In this document: piece after piece, positions 17,601 to 22,804 of the stretch | How positions within the stretch are numbered: position 1 is the first letter of the stretch | How the letters are laid out: each line of letters starts with the position of its first letter | Source: a virus | Taxonomy: Duplodnaviria > Caudoviricetes | IMG/VR virus record: IMGVR_UViG_3300046028_005651 | Coordinates: 1 to 36,461 of that record | Length of the DNA stretch: 36,461 bases | Strand: one strand, 5' to 3' | Translations under genes and position numbers: made by a program | Notes under the pieces: generated by a model | Databases searched by the model: none | Told to the model about the DNA's origin: nothing | Seen by the model: only the letters and a program-made list of their open reading frames with translations

Positions 17601-19668
17601 TAGTAATGTATTAGCACCAGGGACTAGCTCGCAATCTAAAGTAAGCGCATTCAAGGAAAGAAAAGGTAGTGACTTAGCAATTATTGATCCTGTTTATTCT
17701 CAAATCCAATTCATAACAGAAACATTGAATAAAGGTATGCAGAATATGATTTGGCAAAAACTAGCAGCACTTGGAAATAACAACGTAGAATTAGCTAGAA
17801 GATTTGAGAAAGTAGAAACAATAAGAGTAGTTGATCCAATAAGCGGTAAAATAACATACCCTCAAATGGGTAAACCTGGGCTTATAATGGTTAAGACTAA
17901 TGGTAAGCCAAGTTTTTACTTAGCAGCACCTGAATATGTAGCACTAGCAGAAACTTTAACTCCAAAAGAGTTAGAAACAATGGCCTATATTTTAACTAAG
18001 TCAGCAGGTATATTTAGTAGGCTTACAACTTCGGCAAATCCTTTATTCCCTCTTGTAAATATCCCAATAGATACAATGTCGGCATGGATGAATACTAAAA
18101 CAGGTTTTATTCCAGGTTGGAGCCAAATGAGAGCAATACCTGAAATGGCTAGTTACGCTAAAGATAAAGCATTGTTATCTGTAAAAAACTTAGCTAACAC
18201 AGCAATTGATTTCCTACATAACATGATTATCATTGGAGATTGGTTTAAAGGCATTAAAAATATACCTATTAAAAACCTATCGTTAGAAGAGCAAAATCTG
18301 TTTGCAAAATACCTAGCACTAGGAGGAAGCACACAAACACTTTCGTCTTACTTAGATATGTCGCCAGAGGAAATGATTAAAGCGATAACAGAAAAAAGTT
18401 TGGCTAAAAAAGTTGCACAGCATATTGACGATTTTACATTAGGAATACTTGAAATGCCAAGTAACGCTTCTGAATACATGACTAGATTCGCAGAATTTAA
18501 AAGAGCAAAAGACCAAGGCTATTCAGATGACGTAGCAATGTATATGGCAGCTCATGTGTCGGTTCCTTTTATACAAAGTGGTACTTATGGTGGACAAGTA
18601 GGTAAAACAACCGTAAAAGCCGTTCCTTACTTCCATGCAGGTATTCAAGTTATATCTAAGTTTGCTCAAACAGCTAAAAATAATCCAACGAGAACAGCAA
18701 CTATTGGAGCAGCATTGATAGCTATTAAGATAAGTCAAACACTTTTAACCATGGCACTATCTGACGATGATGATAAAAGAATGTTAGCAGAGCAAGAACC
18801 AAGTGAATTAGGTAAATACATTTATGTTCCTAACAAGTTGTTTGGAGGTAAAGGTTTTACTAGAATAAGATTTGGTAATGAGTTTGGAACCATTTCGGCA
18901 CCAATTGAAATGATGATATTGCAAAATAAAGGCTTGGCTAAATACAATTACAAAGACTATTTAGACGCTACTACAACTGCTATACCACAACAGTTTAATA
19001 TATTTAAACCTATTGAGGCTTTATGGGCCTATACGCCACAAATAGTAAGGCCATCTTTAGAAGTAGGTTTTAATGTTAGGACTTATCCAAACGTAAGACC
19101 AATCGTTCCTTATGGTGTTAGCTTTAAGTCGCCAATGAATCAGTATAATCAATATACTACAGAAACATCAAAATACCTTGGAAAATTAGCGGGTGTTTCT
19201 CCAATGAAAATTGATTACTTTATTAAAGCACAATTTGGTAAGGTTCCGGATATGCTACTTAGAAAAACAGAAGAAATAGTAGTTGGTAAAGAAAATAAAT
19301 CAAAAAGTCAAATATTTTTACAAGAGGAGCAATATGTATTAGCAGGAAAAAATTACACTGATTTTTATGAAAATAATAAATATTGGGATGAACTTTATAA
19401 CGATACAAAATCAATCAGAAAAAGTGGAGTTGATTTAAATAAAGAACAACTTGAAGTTATTGAAAACCATAAAATATTTAACAATACAGAATCTATTATT
19501 AAAAAAATGAGAGATAAAGTAAATGAAAATATTGAACTTCCAGAATACTTAAAGCAATCAGCGTTCGAGTTACTTATTGATTTAAATAATTCAGACAAAC
19601 CTTATACTTTTGTAGATAAATATACAAAACTAAAAAACAATTATTTAAAAGCATTCCCAAATAACTAA
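8674..19668 (+). CDS. Giant polyvalent virion (ejection) protein with ART-like, GNAT-like, two zincin-like and LPD38-like regions
   Basis: 3664 aa. Gly/Ala-rich hydrophobic segments (~9630-10460). 'APNGKPSNL..FKKWFGDW..PMVVYHGT..GFFVS..FEPNQIK' (~12950-13740, ART-PolyVal-like). 'FYSPLEK..SHFDEPN..LEEIQSDW..GMKGFY' (~13860-15200). EEAGH (15571-15585) and HETAH (16528-16542) zincin-like motifs. C-terminal 'TRFAEFKRA..SPMKIDYFIK' region is LPD38-like. Confidence 0.75.
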   Translation: MPEEKDYLGKVFDTLKETVDGFDKDEATFRKAMSDTSYASKVHKTLFENIEGFNKTPEQFYEASGIVTEKKKPLPNTFRDAGISLAKPSTQESGSSGKTKTVEEFNAKYGTNYTDLKTGQTKVDNAEKGVLVPFSPIKVKQPSGEKDFIAPKVQLPDLTKAPMKRYEKAYNGITGRIDNNTKEFDKVTAEAEKQGKELEGTVNKYNNELKQASTVIQNELKAKYEGLLKAGSISAEDANLKLQEEYKKGYSIAEKQITSKYKPSLDSYTSLLDKRKTLGNSIKGDVERAKLLSNSVGIIERNVNAQNVSEYSNLENLTVSGLSMLGSAMSGSLPFFLRFTNNNLAEYAAKNNMPELVKVAFDNQKSIDKSELLQKMEAYAKEQAQKGSYYSNKITEKEGTLVDNFSQGNYAQAGKVASLRFLESIPMMGAAIGMTALTGGTASAIIPGGFMFGSQNYYGEYADRPDMSETDKLNASFVKGSLEMITELSVMPLLSPLKGLIKTGGKEAVREAVEKTLFSSMKEGYGKLVPYFGWVQEGLSEYANEVGSTITDKILDPKFQDKDWGQVIKEANVRGLEAFGPGAFGGVTLTLPVAINNTINKYQNKKMAREFASELEKIEADIQNPNLTEAQKDILIARKQEIHGKLNEVFDADKQETAGATTEQVSALDDINDQQDEVAIALQDETISDESKVAFEEKAKELAEQEKAVLEEIKANEIVNEEEPNTADNGLSNDVVEPIVEPSSISSSEVSAPNNVEPIRQLGTGANVYFETEKYRVNDSKDGVILNIQNQSDEVPIANIKFDNANDAVVIAKEIESKFPKGVPDAILVEKYVDQLKKELLSPTTEKPKGETAETVTTKETKTDESPVNEIKNGTNGLELFNEAKTFGINKSPDITDIVMNTDVLFTTNNKGEKLQEGEGSLQELRDIIKENPKNKVRLVEVRKDGDITAVTIRVGGQETIYKVDTKAVEELLAKEQTPNNKEQAKTPTNIKENPNKEEKVENKEEPKKKKRVRKNKVISKILDEVTVDPIDKVLQYFIGGGKINGDRKNTENAIQKIFGKKGGAKDLDKTYKSYFNLTRNNAPTLSELAHSLWEENRDNSDYTSQDYEEAIIEVLSTHNGTNSMKEAFNNKFQIDVSAEEIEREAADQAYIDEQEQRLNEQQQEQFNEELITQEAIDEPLVFELNDQEIEQVEELGITEETEELTAEQFEALEALLFGEPQPINNNENGNEKEIKQGEDNVTPKQSESKESSRQDAERKSALEAKVKEAKNAYQAAQSKLTKAKQAAEKAGQEQQANIFGGKPADALLFGTDLRSLNVKVKERQAEADKAKENLDKAQLALDSFVPSNQVQLEVEAPSESTIVKDPILKRLNKAFLKIGAEILDNAEQLAAKAKELASGGAKIDFSMEQAIIQSENVKLEYNSNGKHLAPNGKPSNLTEQQAKIVRTPAFKKWFGDWENDPKNASKIVDKNGEPMVVYHGTGSTITEFDKNTRGSNTGASSAEKGFFVSDTKSIAESYRRAVQVENPNLEGLKTILSELSVEELKQFGKGVMGYDIRTFEKGDYTKEEIEYELFRDIENDSEGYYADRRKLIEKASKYLKENKIEFSPYQNTGMLIEGFLNIRNPKKIDAESQTAFDIDLPGIIDNSVSENKDGVWVENVYDSVSFTEKGTDTEEGSIMVFFEPNQIKLADGTNTTFDSKVNDFRYNITLPNGSQKQVKAIDVDVVNGFYSPLEKVISEAKQDKMPAKQWAEKFAKGEEAKWTGLQDWLAQQQGSVSKTDIQNFLKENRIEVVEVVKSDNADSYSMDRYEEFPQEVKNIAEEFGEDEDEFTRQLEAIGYQVNRDMDGSILSFNKKGEENKFDKATKFSQYQLEGEKENYKEVLVTMPIAKSKQEYVVEQDYRIPNTFYAVNQKTGVKLKFGSYELAKSQAERLSKEAQPDFDKQFKSSHFDEPNILVHLRMNTRVDSEGNKVLFLEEIQSDWGQQGKKLGFATTNAEKRKKELLAKDELTKSELNELDSLNKELGFDTKTPAAPFVTDTNAWTKLGLKVALKEAVKQGATKIAWTTGEQQNERYDLSKSIEVVYATKGDEKGKLGEYFIEATPKDGGPPAIAEWVKEEKLESIIGKDLAEKIISNNGGEFRGDNLKVGGKGMKGFYGSPTEGSLGIVGNVAKSLFKQEPKTIGIVVNSNAKVKMPNEEATIEKVNSRNGWLVFNPFEGEDYSFNTEKEADKYISELKLKENEKSVSTQYSIDITPELAATVEQGQPLFHLNDKGEILGFTYNGKIYLNGEKITAKTTMEEAGHIWINWAKENRSDLYQQGLEKVQGSKYLIEVNNNPSYQKEALKQGEKGSDAYNAYMQEEALAKAIADNGAKFISETRKASFREWVNAMWKEVAKAFGIQNLNPSEVKALTLEEFARMAAADVFSSKETPVQEQAVEKVEDAKLTDLENEVWENVLSKGQGLALPSSKVANSDYPNLIGNDLVYIDSWGSGKTVSLKLTPKGELVALKEQLKKAKLTDSKRKIQERIDELEGNEPKVPKGPSDGLGSTTAANTNNITPTQNAERVSMKFHLELKKLIESIGVPIAERNLSKRFLGIFKHRGMNIRVQSLFGVATAAHETAHWVSKKFGIGEALREKSAVVAANPDAQLNKDIRKALTDIYTEFYPNAKKEHSLYLRVEEGIAVLMEHYLTDPTDITNRYGILVDNFIAPTGKYYHPKFTELLDKLNKFLAEYSALSPNEKIGSRIVSGEEVTKKNEGFTPKQAVIRGLVNAAEPLRRADNIADAGLTEESTEVAYIRWLSRAGIIAPWITGETHPITLDRNGNWKEVGASVKDYLELIKGREAEFSQYLVARRNLGDVNYLTEMENELAEILANIENEEDLTKEEVEEINELSARIEKQKQIIKNDNFDIQQVTATVRMFEDKFKAPVAIYDKLNNAAVDFAQKSGLISSETAEAYKANTTYTSFKRQIMDDIASNVLAPGTSSQSKVSAFKERKGSDLAIIDPVYSQIQFITETLNKGMQNMIWQKLAALGNNNVELARRFEKVETIRVVDPISGKITYPQMGKPGLIMVKTNGKPSFYLAAPEYVALAETLTPKELETMAYILTKSAGIFSRLTTSANPLFPLVNIPIDTMSAWMNTKTGFIPGWSQMRAIPEMASYAKDKALLSVKNLANTAIDFLHNMIIIGDWFKGIKNIPIKNLSLEEQNLFAKYLALGGSTQTLSSYLDMSPEEMIKAITEKSLAKKVAQHIDDFTLGILEMPSNASEYMTRFAEFKRAKDQGYSDDVAMYMAAHVSVPFIQSGTYGGQVGKTTVKAVPYFHAGIQVISKFAQTAKNNPTRTATIGAALIAIKISQTLLTMALSDDDDKRMLAEQEPSELGKYIYVPNKLFGGKGFTRIRFGNEFGTISAPIEMMILQNKGLAKYNYKDYLDATTTAIPQQFNIFKPIEALWAYTPQIVRPSLEVGFNVRTYPNVRPIVPYGVSFKSPMNQYNQYTTETSKYLGKLAGVSPMKIDYFIKAQFGKVPDMLLRKTEEIVVGKENKSKSQIFLQEEQYVLAGKNYTDFYENNKYWDELYNDTKSIRKSGVDLNKEQLEVIENHKIFNNTESIIKKMRDKVNENIELPEYLKQSAFELLIDLNNSDKPYTFVDKYTKLKNNYLKAFPNN
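8879..8966 (+). other. Candidate -1 frameshift / slippage site (A10G containing A_AAA_AAG) with 25-codon trans-frame extension
   Basis: In-frame GAA AAA AAA AAG (8878-8889). The -1 frame reads AFTEYFSRCWNFFGKAFNARIRVEW, stop TAA 8964-8966. Confidence 0.4.
12359..12475 (+). CDS. Possible nested out-of-frame small basic protein, 38 aa
   Basis: METKKKLSKEKIMSLLNKARAKNLADKMLKENQPSKQK in the +1 frame of the giant gene, preceded by an A-rich leader (CAATAAATAACAACGAAA-ATG). Confidence 0.35.
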   Translation: METKKKLSKEKIMSLLNKARAKNLADKMLKENQPSKQK

Positions 19669-19669
19669 C

Positions 19670-20203
19670 ATGAAAAAACTAACATACCCTTTAAAGGAAG
19701 AGGCATTAAGCCTATTAAAAGAGCTTTTAGAGCTTGAATTTGACCAAAGCTATACTTGGACATACATAGCAATGTGTATGCAAAATTACGGCTATTTTAG
19801 AGCAGCTAATTATTTTAGTGACGAAGCTAAAGAAGAACGTAAACACGCAAGCATGCACATTGAGTATTTACTTGGTAGAGGTTACGAAGCTAAACTACCG
19901 AAGATTGCACCACCTGAATTAGAACTAGAAGACCTAAAAGGTGCGATTAAATACGCTTTTGAGCTAGAGAGTGAAGTAACTGACAAGTATGCTAAAATAA
20001 CTCGTAAAATGTTAGATATTGACCTTTTAACCTATAACTTCTTACTGCAGTTCTTAACGTTTCAACAAGATGCATTAGCTAAGTACTCGGACTTATACAG
20101 TCAAATTGATAGCTGTAAAGAAGTTGAAGACCAAAAAGAAATGGAGAAGTGGATATTTGGTCACGAAGCAAGTGAAGAGCCTGTAAAGTCTATTGTTCAA
20201 TAA
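19670..20203 (+). CDS. Ferritin-like protein
   Basis: 177 aa four-helix pattern with ferroxidase-like residues: 'LEFDQSYTWTYIA', 'EAKEERKHASM', 'AFELESEVT', 'NFLLQFLTFQQD'. Confidence 0.85.
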   Translation: MKKLTYPLKEEALSLLKELLELEFDQSYTWTYIAMCMQNYGYFRAANYFSDEAKEERKHASMHIEYLLGRGYEAKLPKIAPPELELEDLKGAIKYAFELESEVTDKYAKITRKMLDIDLLTYNFLLQFLTFQQDALAKYSDLYSQIDSCKEVEDQKEMEKWIFGHEASEEPVKSIVQ

Positions 20204-20208
20204 ATTAA

Positions 20209-20240
20209 CTTGATTTATCTAAAGTAATGATTTAGATTTG
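20209..20240 (+). promoter_or_regulatory. Bacteroidota promoter
   Basis: CTTG (20209-20212), 20-nt spacer, TAGATTTG (20233-20240). Confidence 0.65.
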
Positions 20241-20267
20241 TAACTCACAATTAAACCAATAAATAAA

Positions 20268-20534
20268 ATGGCTTTTTTAACATCAACAAGTGTGTACGCG
20301 ATGAACGGAACCACTTATCAAACACCTATCACAGTAGGAATCGAAAATGCAAATGTTCGTGCTGTAAACCCAGTAAGAAACGGTTCAGGAGCATGGATTG
20401 GAAAGTATGAACCAAGCAACAAAAGTCTGATTTATTCAGAGATTGTAGTTGGTAAAGACAAAATGAGTTCTGACGTTGACTACTACTACGCAAATCGTAC
20501 AGTTGCTCAAATCATAAGCGCAGTTAACGCTTAG
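20268..20534 (+). CDS. Small monocistronic protein, 88 aa (possibly a virion protein)
   Basis: Has its own promoter, an A-rich initiation region and a strong downstream terminator. Confidence 0.75.
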   Translation: MAFLTSTSVYAMNGTTYQTPITVGIENANVRAVNPVRNGSGAWIGKYEPSNKSLIYSEIVVGKDKMSSDVDYYYANRTVAQIISAVNA

Positions 20535-20553
20535 TAATCAGTCTAAAACACTT

Positions 20554-20592
20554 AAAATAAGCCATTCGTTAATTCGGGTGGCTTATTTTTTT
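20554..20592 (+). terminator. Rho-independent terminator, probably bidirectional
   Basis: AAAATAAGCCATTCG-TTAATT-CGGGTGGCTTATTTT hairpin with a T7 run on the 3' side and an A run on the 5' side. Confidence 0.85.
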
Positions 20593-20615
20593 GTGCAAAA
20601 TTTTAATTATCTGAA

Positions 20616-20655
20616 CGACACGCTGTTGTACTCTATGTCGTACATAGTGTCGGAT
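20616..20655. repeat. Three 12-bp-period direct repeats (TGTYG core) plus one inverted copy; operator/iteron-like
   Basis: TGTTGTAC 20624, TGTCGTAC 20636, TGTCGGAT 20648; inverted CGACA at 20616. Confidence 0.5.
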
Positions 20656-20659
20656 TTTA

Positions 20660-20691
20660 CTTGTTTTAGACTTTTAAATGTATTTAGTTTG
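20660..20691 (+). promoter_or_regulatory. Variant Bacteroidota promoter for the early/replication transcript
   Basis: CTTG (20660-20663), 20-nt spacer, TTAGTTTG (20684-20691); one mismatch to TAnnTTTG. Confidence 0.45.
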
Positions 20692-20711
20692 TTCGCAGAA
20701 AGGAGGTGAAA

Positions 20712-20771
20712 ATGTTTTACATGGTTGAGAGAATTAAGTGCCGAAAGGGTGTTAGTCAAAAACCTAAATAA
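20712..20771 (+). CDS. 19-aa leader minigene with extended Shine-Dalgarno
   Basis: AGAAAGGAGGTG (20697-20708), then ATG 20712; MFYMVERIKCRKGVSQKPK, stop. Confidence 0.4.
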   Translation: MFYMVERIKCRKGVSQKPK

Positions 20772-20793
20772 GATAGTTTTATTCCTTTAAGGT

Positions 20794-20906
20794 TGTTTTG
20801 TAGCTTAAGGGTAAAGCCAAAGAAAAGCTGTTAGTATCGCGCGGTATGTAGCTAGGGATAGCGGAAGCAGTAATAAGGAATGGGAGTTCGAATCTCCCCA
20901 AAACAT
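20794..20906 (+). ncRNA. tRNA-like element with an expanded, non-canonical anticodon region
   Basis: 7-bp acceptor TGTTTTG/CAAAACA; T8-A9; D arm GCTT-AAGGGTA-AAGC; T arm GGGAG-TTCGAAT-CTCCC. 64 nt lie between the D and T arms instead of about 23. Confidence 0.7.
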
Positions 20907-20995
20907 CAAATAATTGATAATGCCTTGCTTAGTTTCTCACTAAGGTTTAAAAGCAAGGGGAAGGATAGTCAAGTGTAAACTTGTTCTTTGACATA

Positions 20996-21046
20996 TAGGT
21001 TCTATGGCATTGGTAGCCATAGCTGAATGAGTAACCACGAAACCTA
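20996..21046 (+). ncRNA. Type III hammerhead ribozyme (variant core)
   Basis: Stem III TAGGT/ACCTA; cleavage triplet GUU (cut after 21001); stem I CTATGGC-ATTGGTA-GCCATAG; core CTGAATGA; stem II GT-AACC-AC; GAAA. Confidence 0.8.
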
Positions 21047-21052
21047 CAAGCA

Positions 21053-21256
21053 ATGAGCAAGATTAAACAAGAGATTATCGACAAAATCGCAACAGACTAC
21101 AAACTGCGTTCTGATATTGGACGTGATTGTGATTTACACGAAAGAACAATACAGAGATGGGCTAAAGACGAACCCAAAAAACTAGAAACAAAATCAATAG
21201 TGCTAGTTATATCAACCTACTTTCCTGAACACGAAACAATTTTAGAGGAGCAATAA
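21053..21256 (+). CDS. Small helix-turn-helix (Cro-like) DNA-binding protein
   Basis: 67 aa; 'RSDIGRDCDLHERTIQRWAK' fits an HTH pattern. First gene of the early module. Confidence 0.65.
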   Translation: MSKIKQEIIDKIATDYKLRSDIGRDCDLHERTIQRWAKDEPKKLETKSIVLVISTYFPEHETILEEQ

Positions 21257-21257
21257 C

Positions 21258-21833
21258 ATGGCAGAAACAAGCAAAGCATTACCTCGTTTAAAAGCAAACG
21301 GATTTTACGATAAACATATCGTAGGTAAAAAAGTAATAGATGTAGGAGTTGGAAGACTAGATACATTTGACGGAGCAGACCCAATATGCGAATGGGCTGA
21401 AATGCACGATAAAGATATTTGCGATGCAACTACAATGGAAATGTATGAAAATGAGCAATTTGACACAGTTTTTGCGTCCCATATTGCCGAACATCTAATT
21501 GACCCAATTACAGCAATTAAGAATTGGCTTCGGATATGCAAAAAAGGAGGCGTAGTATTTATTTCTGTACCTCATAGAGATTTGTATGAACGTAAAAAGA
21601 CCTTACCTAGTAAATGGAACGAAGACCATAAGTATTTTTATTTGCCAAGAATAAGTGAGCCGCCTTGTACCTTTAGTTTAAAAGATATTGTTGTTGCGGC
21701 AATAATAAATATGAAAGGAAAATGTTTTTCAAATGATTACGACATGGAAGTTATCGACACCTCAACCAACCACGATAAACCCGAAGAACACGCTAACGGA
21801 GAATTTTCAATTGAATGTATAATTTATAAATAA
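21258..21833 (+). CDS. Class I SAM-dependent methyltransferase (Methyltransf_11-like)
   Basis: 'VIDVGVG' motif I, 'FDTVFASHIAEHL' and 'WLRICKKGGVVFISVP'. Confidence 0.85.
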   Translation: MAETSKALPRLKANGFYDKHIVGKKVIDVGVGRLDTFDGADPICEWAEMHDKDICDATTMEMYENEQFDTVFASHIAEHLIDPITAIKNWLRICKKGGVVFISVPHRDLYERKKTLPSKWNEDHKYFYLPRISEPPCTFSLKDIVVAAIINMKGKCFSNDYDMEVIDTSTNHDKPEEHANGEFSIECIIYK

Positions 21834-21837
21834 CCTT

Positions 21838-22686
21838 ATGACAAACCAAAAAATAACCCATTTAACATTTATGCAACCTCGAAACTTAGGCGATTTAATT
21901 TACAGCCTTTGGGGCATAAAAACAGTATGTGAGAAGCTAAACTGCAAAGCAGTGATATACCAATGGCTTAACAGAGAAGCATTCTATTACGAGGGCGCAA
22001 AACACCCAACAAAGGGAGATAACGGAAACGAAGTAACCATGAATCAAAAAATGTTCGATATGGTAAAGCCGTTAATACTTTCACTTCCTTATGTAGAAGA
22101 CTTTTTACCGTATCAAGGCGAAACAGTTCATTTTAATTTGGATAGAATTAGCCACATGAAAATTAATATTCCTTATGGAGAAATCAGAAATTGGATTGGA
22201 TATTGTTTTCCTGAGTTGCAAGCAGATTTGGGCAGAACTGTAATACCTTTTAATTCAGTGCTTGAAGCAATAGGAAAGAACTTTGAGCCAAAATGTGATG
22301 TAGGAGGTGCTATAATTGTTAATCGTACTTCAAGATACAGAAACCCGCACGTTAACTACGGCATACTAAACAAATACGCTCAAAAAGGCTTTAAGATTTA
22401 CTTCGTAGGTACTTTAGACGAGTTTAGTGAGTTTAGTGGATTTGTTGCTAGTGCTGAATACTTAAAGGTAGATAACTTCTTAGAATTAGCTTATTACATT
22501 GCAATGTGTAAACTGTTTGTTGGTAATCAAAGTTTTTGTTTTAGCCTAGCAGAAGCAATGAAAACACCTAGAGTACTAGAAGTTTGTAGTTATGCGCCTA
22601 ATGTTATCCCAGTAGGTAATAATGCCTATCAGTATTATGATATGGAATGCTTTGAAACAATTTTGGATATGAACTTAAAAAAGTAA
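21838..22686 (+). CDS. Glycosyltransferase, GT-B fold, GT9 (heptosyltransferase)-like
   Basis: 'RNLGDLIYSL' N-terminal motif and 'NFLELAYYIAMCKLFVGNQSFCFSLAEAMKTP' C-terminal motif, paralleling GT9 'LGD' and 'L.ELAALI..A.L.VGNDSG..HLA.A...P'. Confidence 0.7.
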   Translation: MTNQKITHLTFMQPRNLGDLIYSLWGIKTVCEKLNCKAVIYQWLNREAFYYEGAKHPTKGDNGNEVTMNQKMFDMVKPLILSLPYVEDFLPYQGETVHFNLDRISHMKINIPYGEIRNWIGYCFPELQADLGRTVIPFNSVLEAIGKNFEPKCDVGGAIIVNRTSRYRNPHVNYGILNKYAQKGFKIYFVGTLDEFSEFSGFVASAEYLKVDNFLELAYYIAMCKLFVGNQSFCFSLAEAMKTPRVLEVCSYAPNVIPVGNNAYQYYDMECFETILDMNLKK

Positions 22687-22690
22687 AGTT

Positions 22691-22801
22691 ATGATTGATA
22701 TTTTAACGCAAATATTATGGCTAGTCGTTTTGCCTTTTTTAATAGGGTGGCACTACGAAGATGTAAAAACAATTATTAAACACTCTAAAAACAAAAAATA
22801 G
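22691..22801 (+). CDS. Small single-pass membrane protein, 36 aa
   Basis: MIDILTQILWLVVLPFLIGWHYEDVKTIIKHSKNKK; fills the gap between neighbouring genes. Confidence 0.55.
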   Translation: MIDILTQILWLVVLPFLIGWHYEDVKTIIKHSKNKK

Positions 22802-22804
22802 TTT

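Noticed and set aside
10278-19598. Minus-strand ORFs inside the giant gene and other long genes (e.g. 11043-11723, 226 aa)
   Set aside because: Ser/Phe/Leu-rich antisense shadows of Glu/Lys-rich coding sequence, with no motifs or promoters.
20794-20906. Canonical tRNA gene or tmRNA
   Set aside because: No assignable anticodon arm, and far too short for tmRNA with no tag ORF. Reported as tRNA-like instead.
20928-20944. CTTAG-TTTCTCA-CTAAG as a displaced anticodon arm (TCT) of a split or permuted tRNA
   Set aside because: Position 37 would be a pyrimidine, and the stem competes with the longer CCTTGCTT/AAGCAAGG pairing. Insufficient support.
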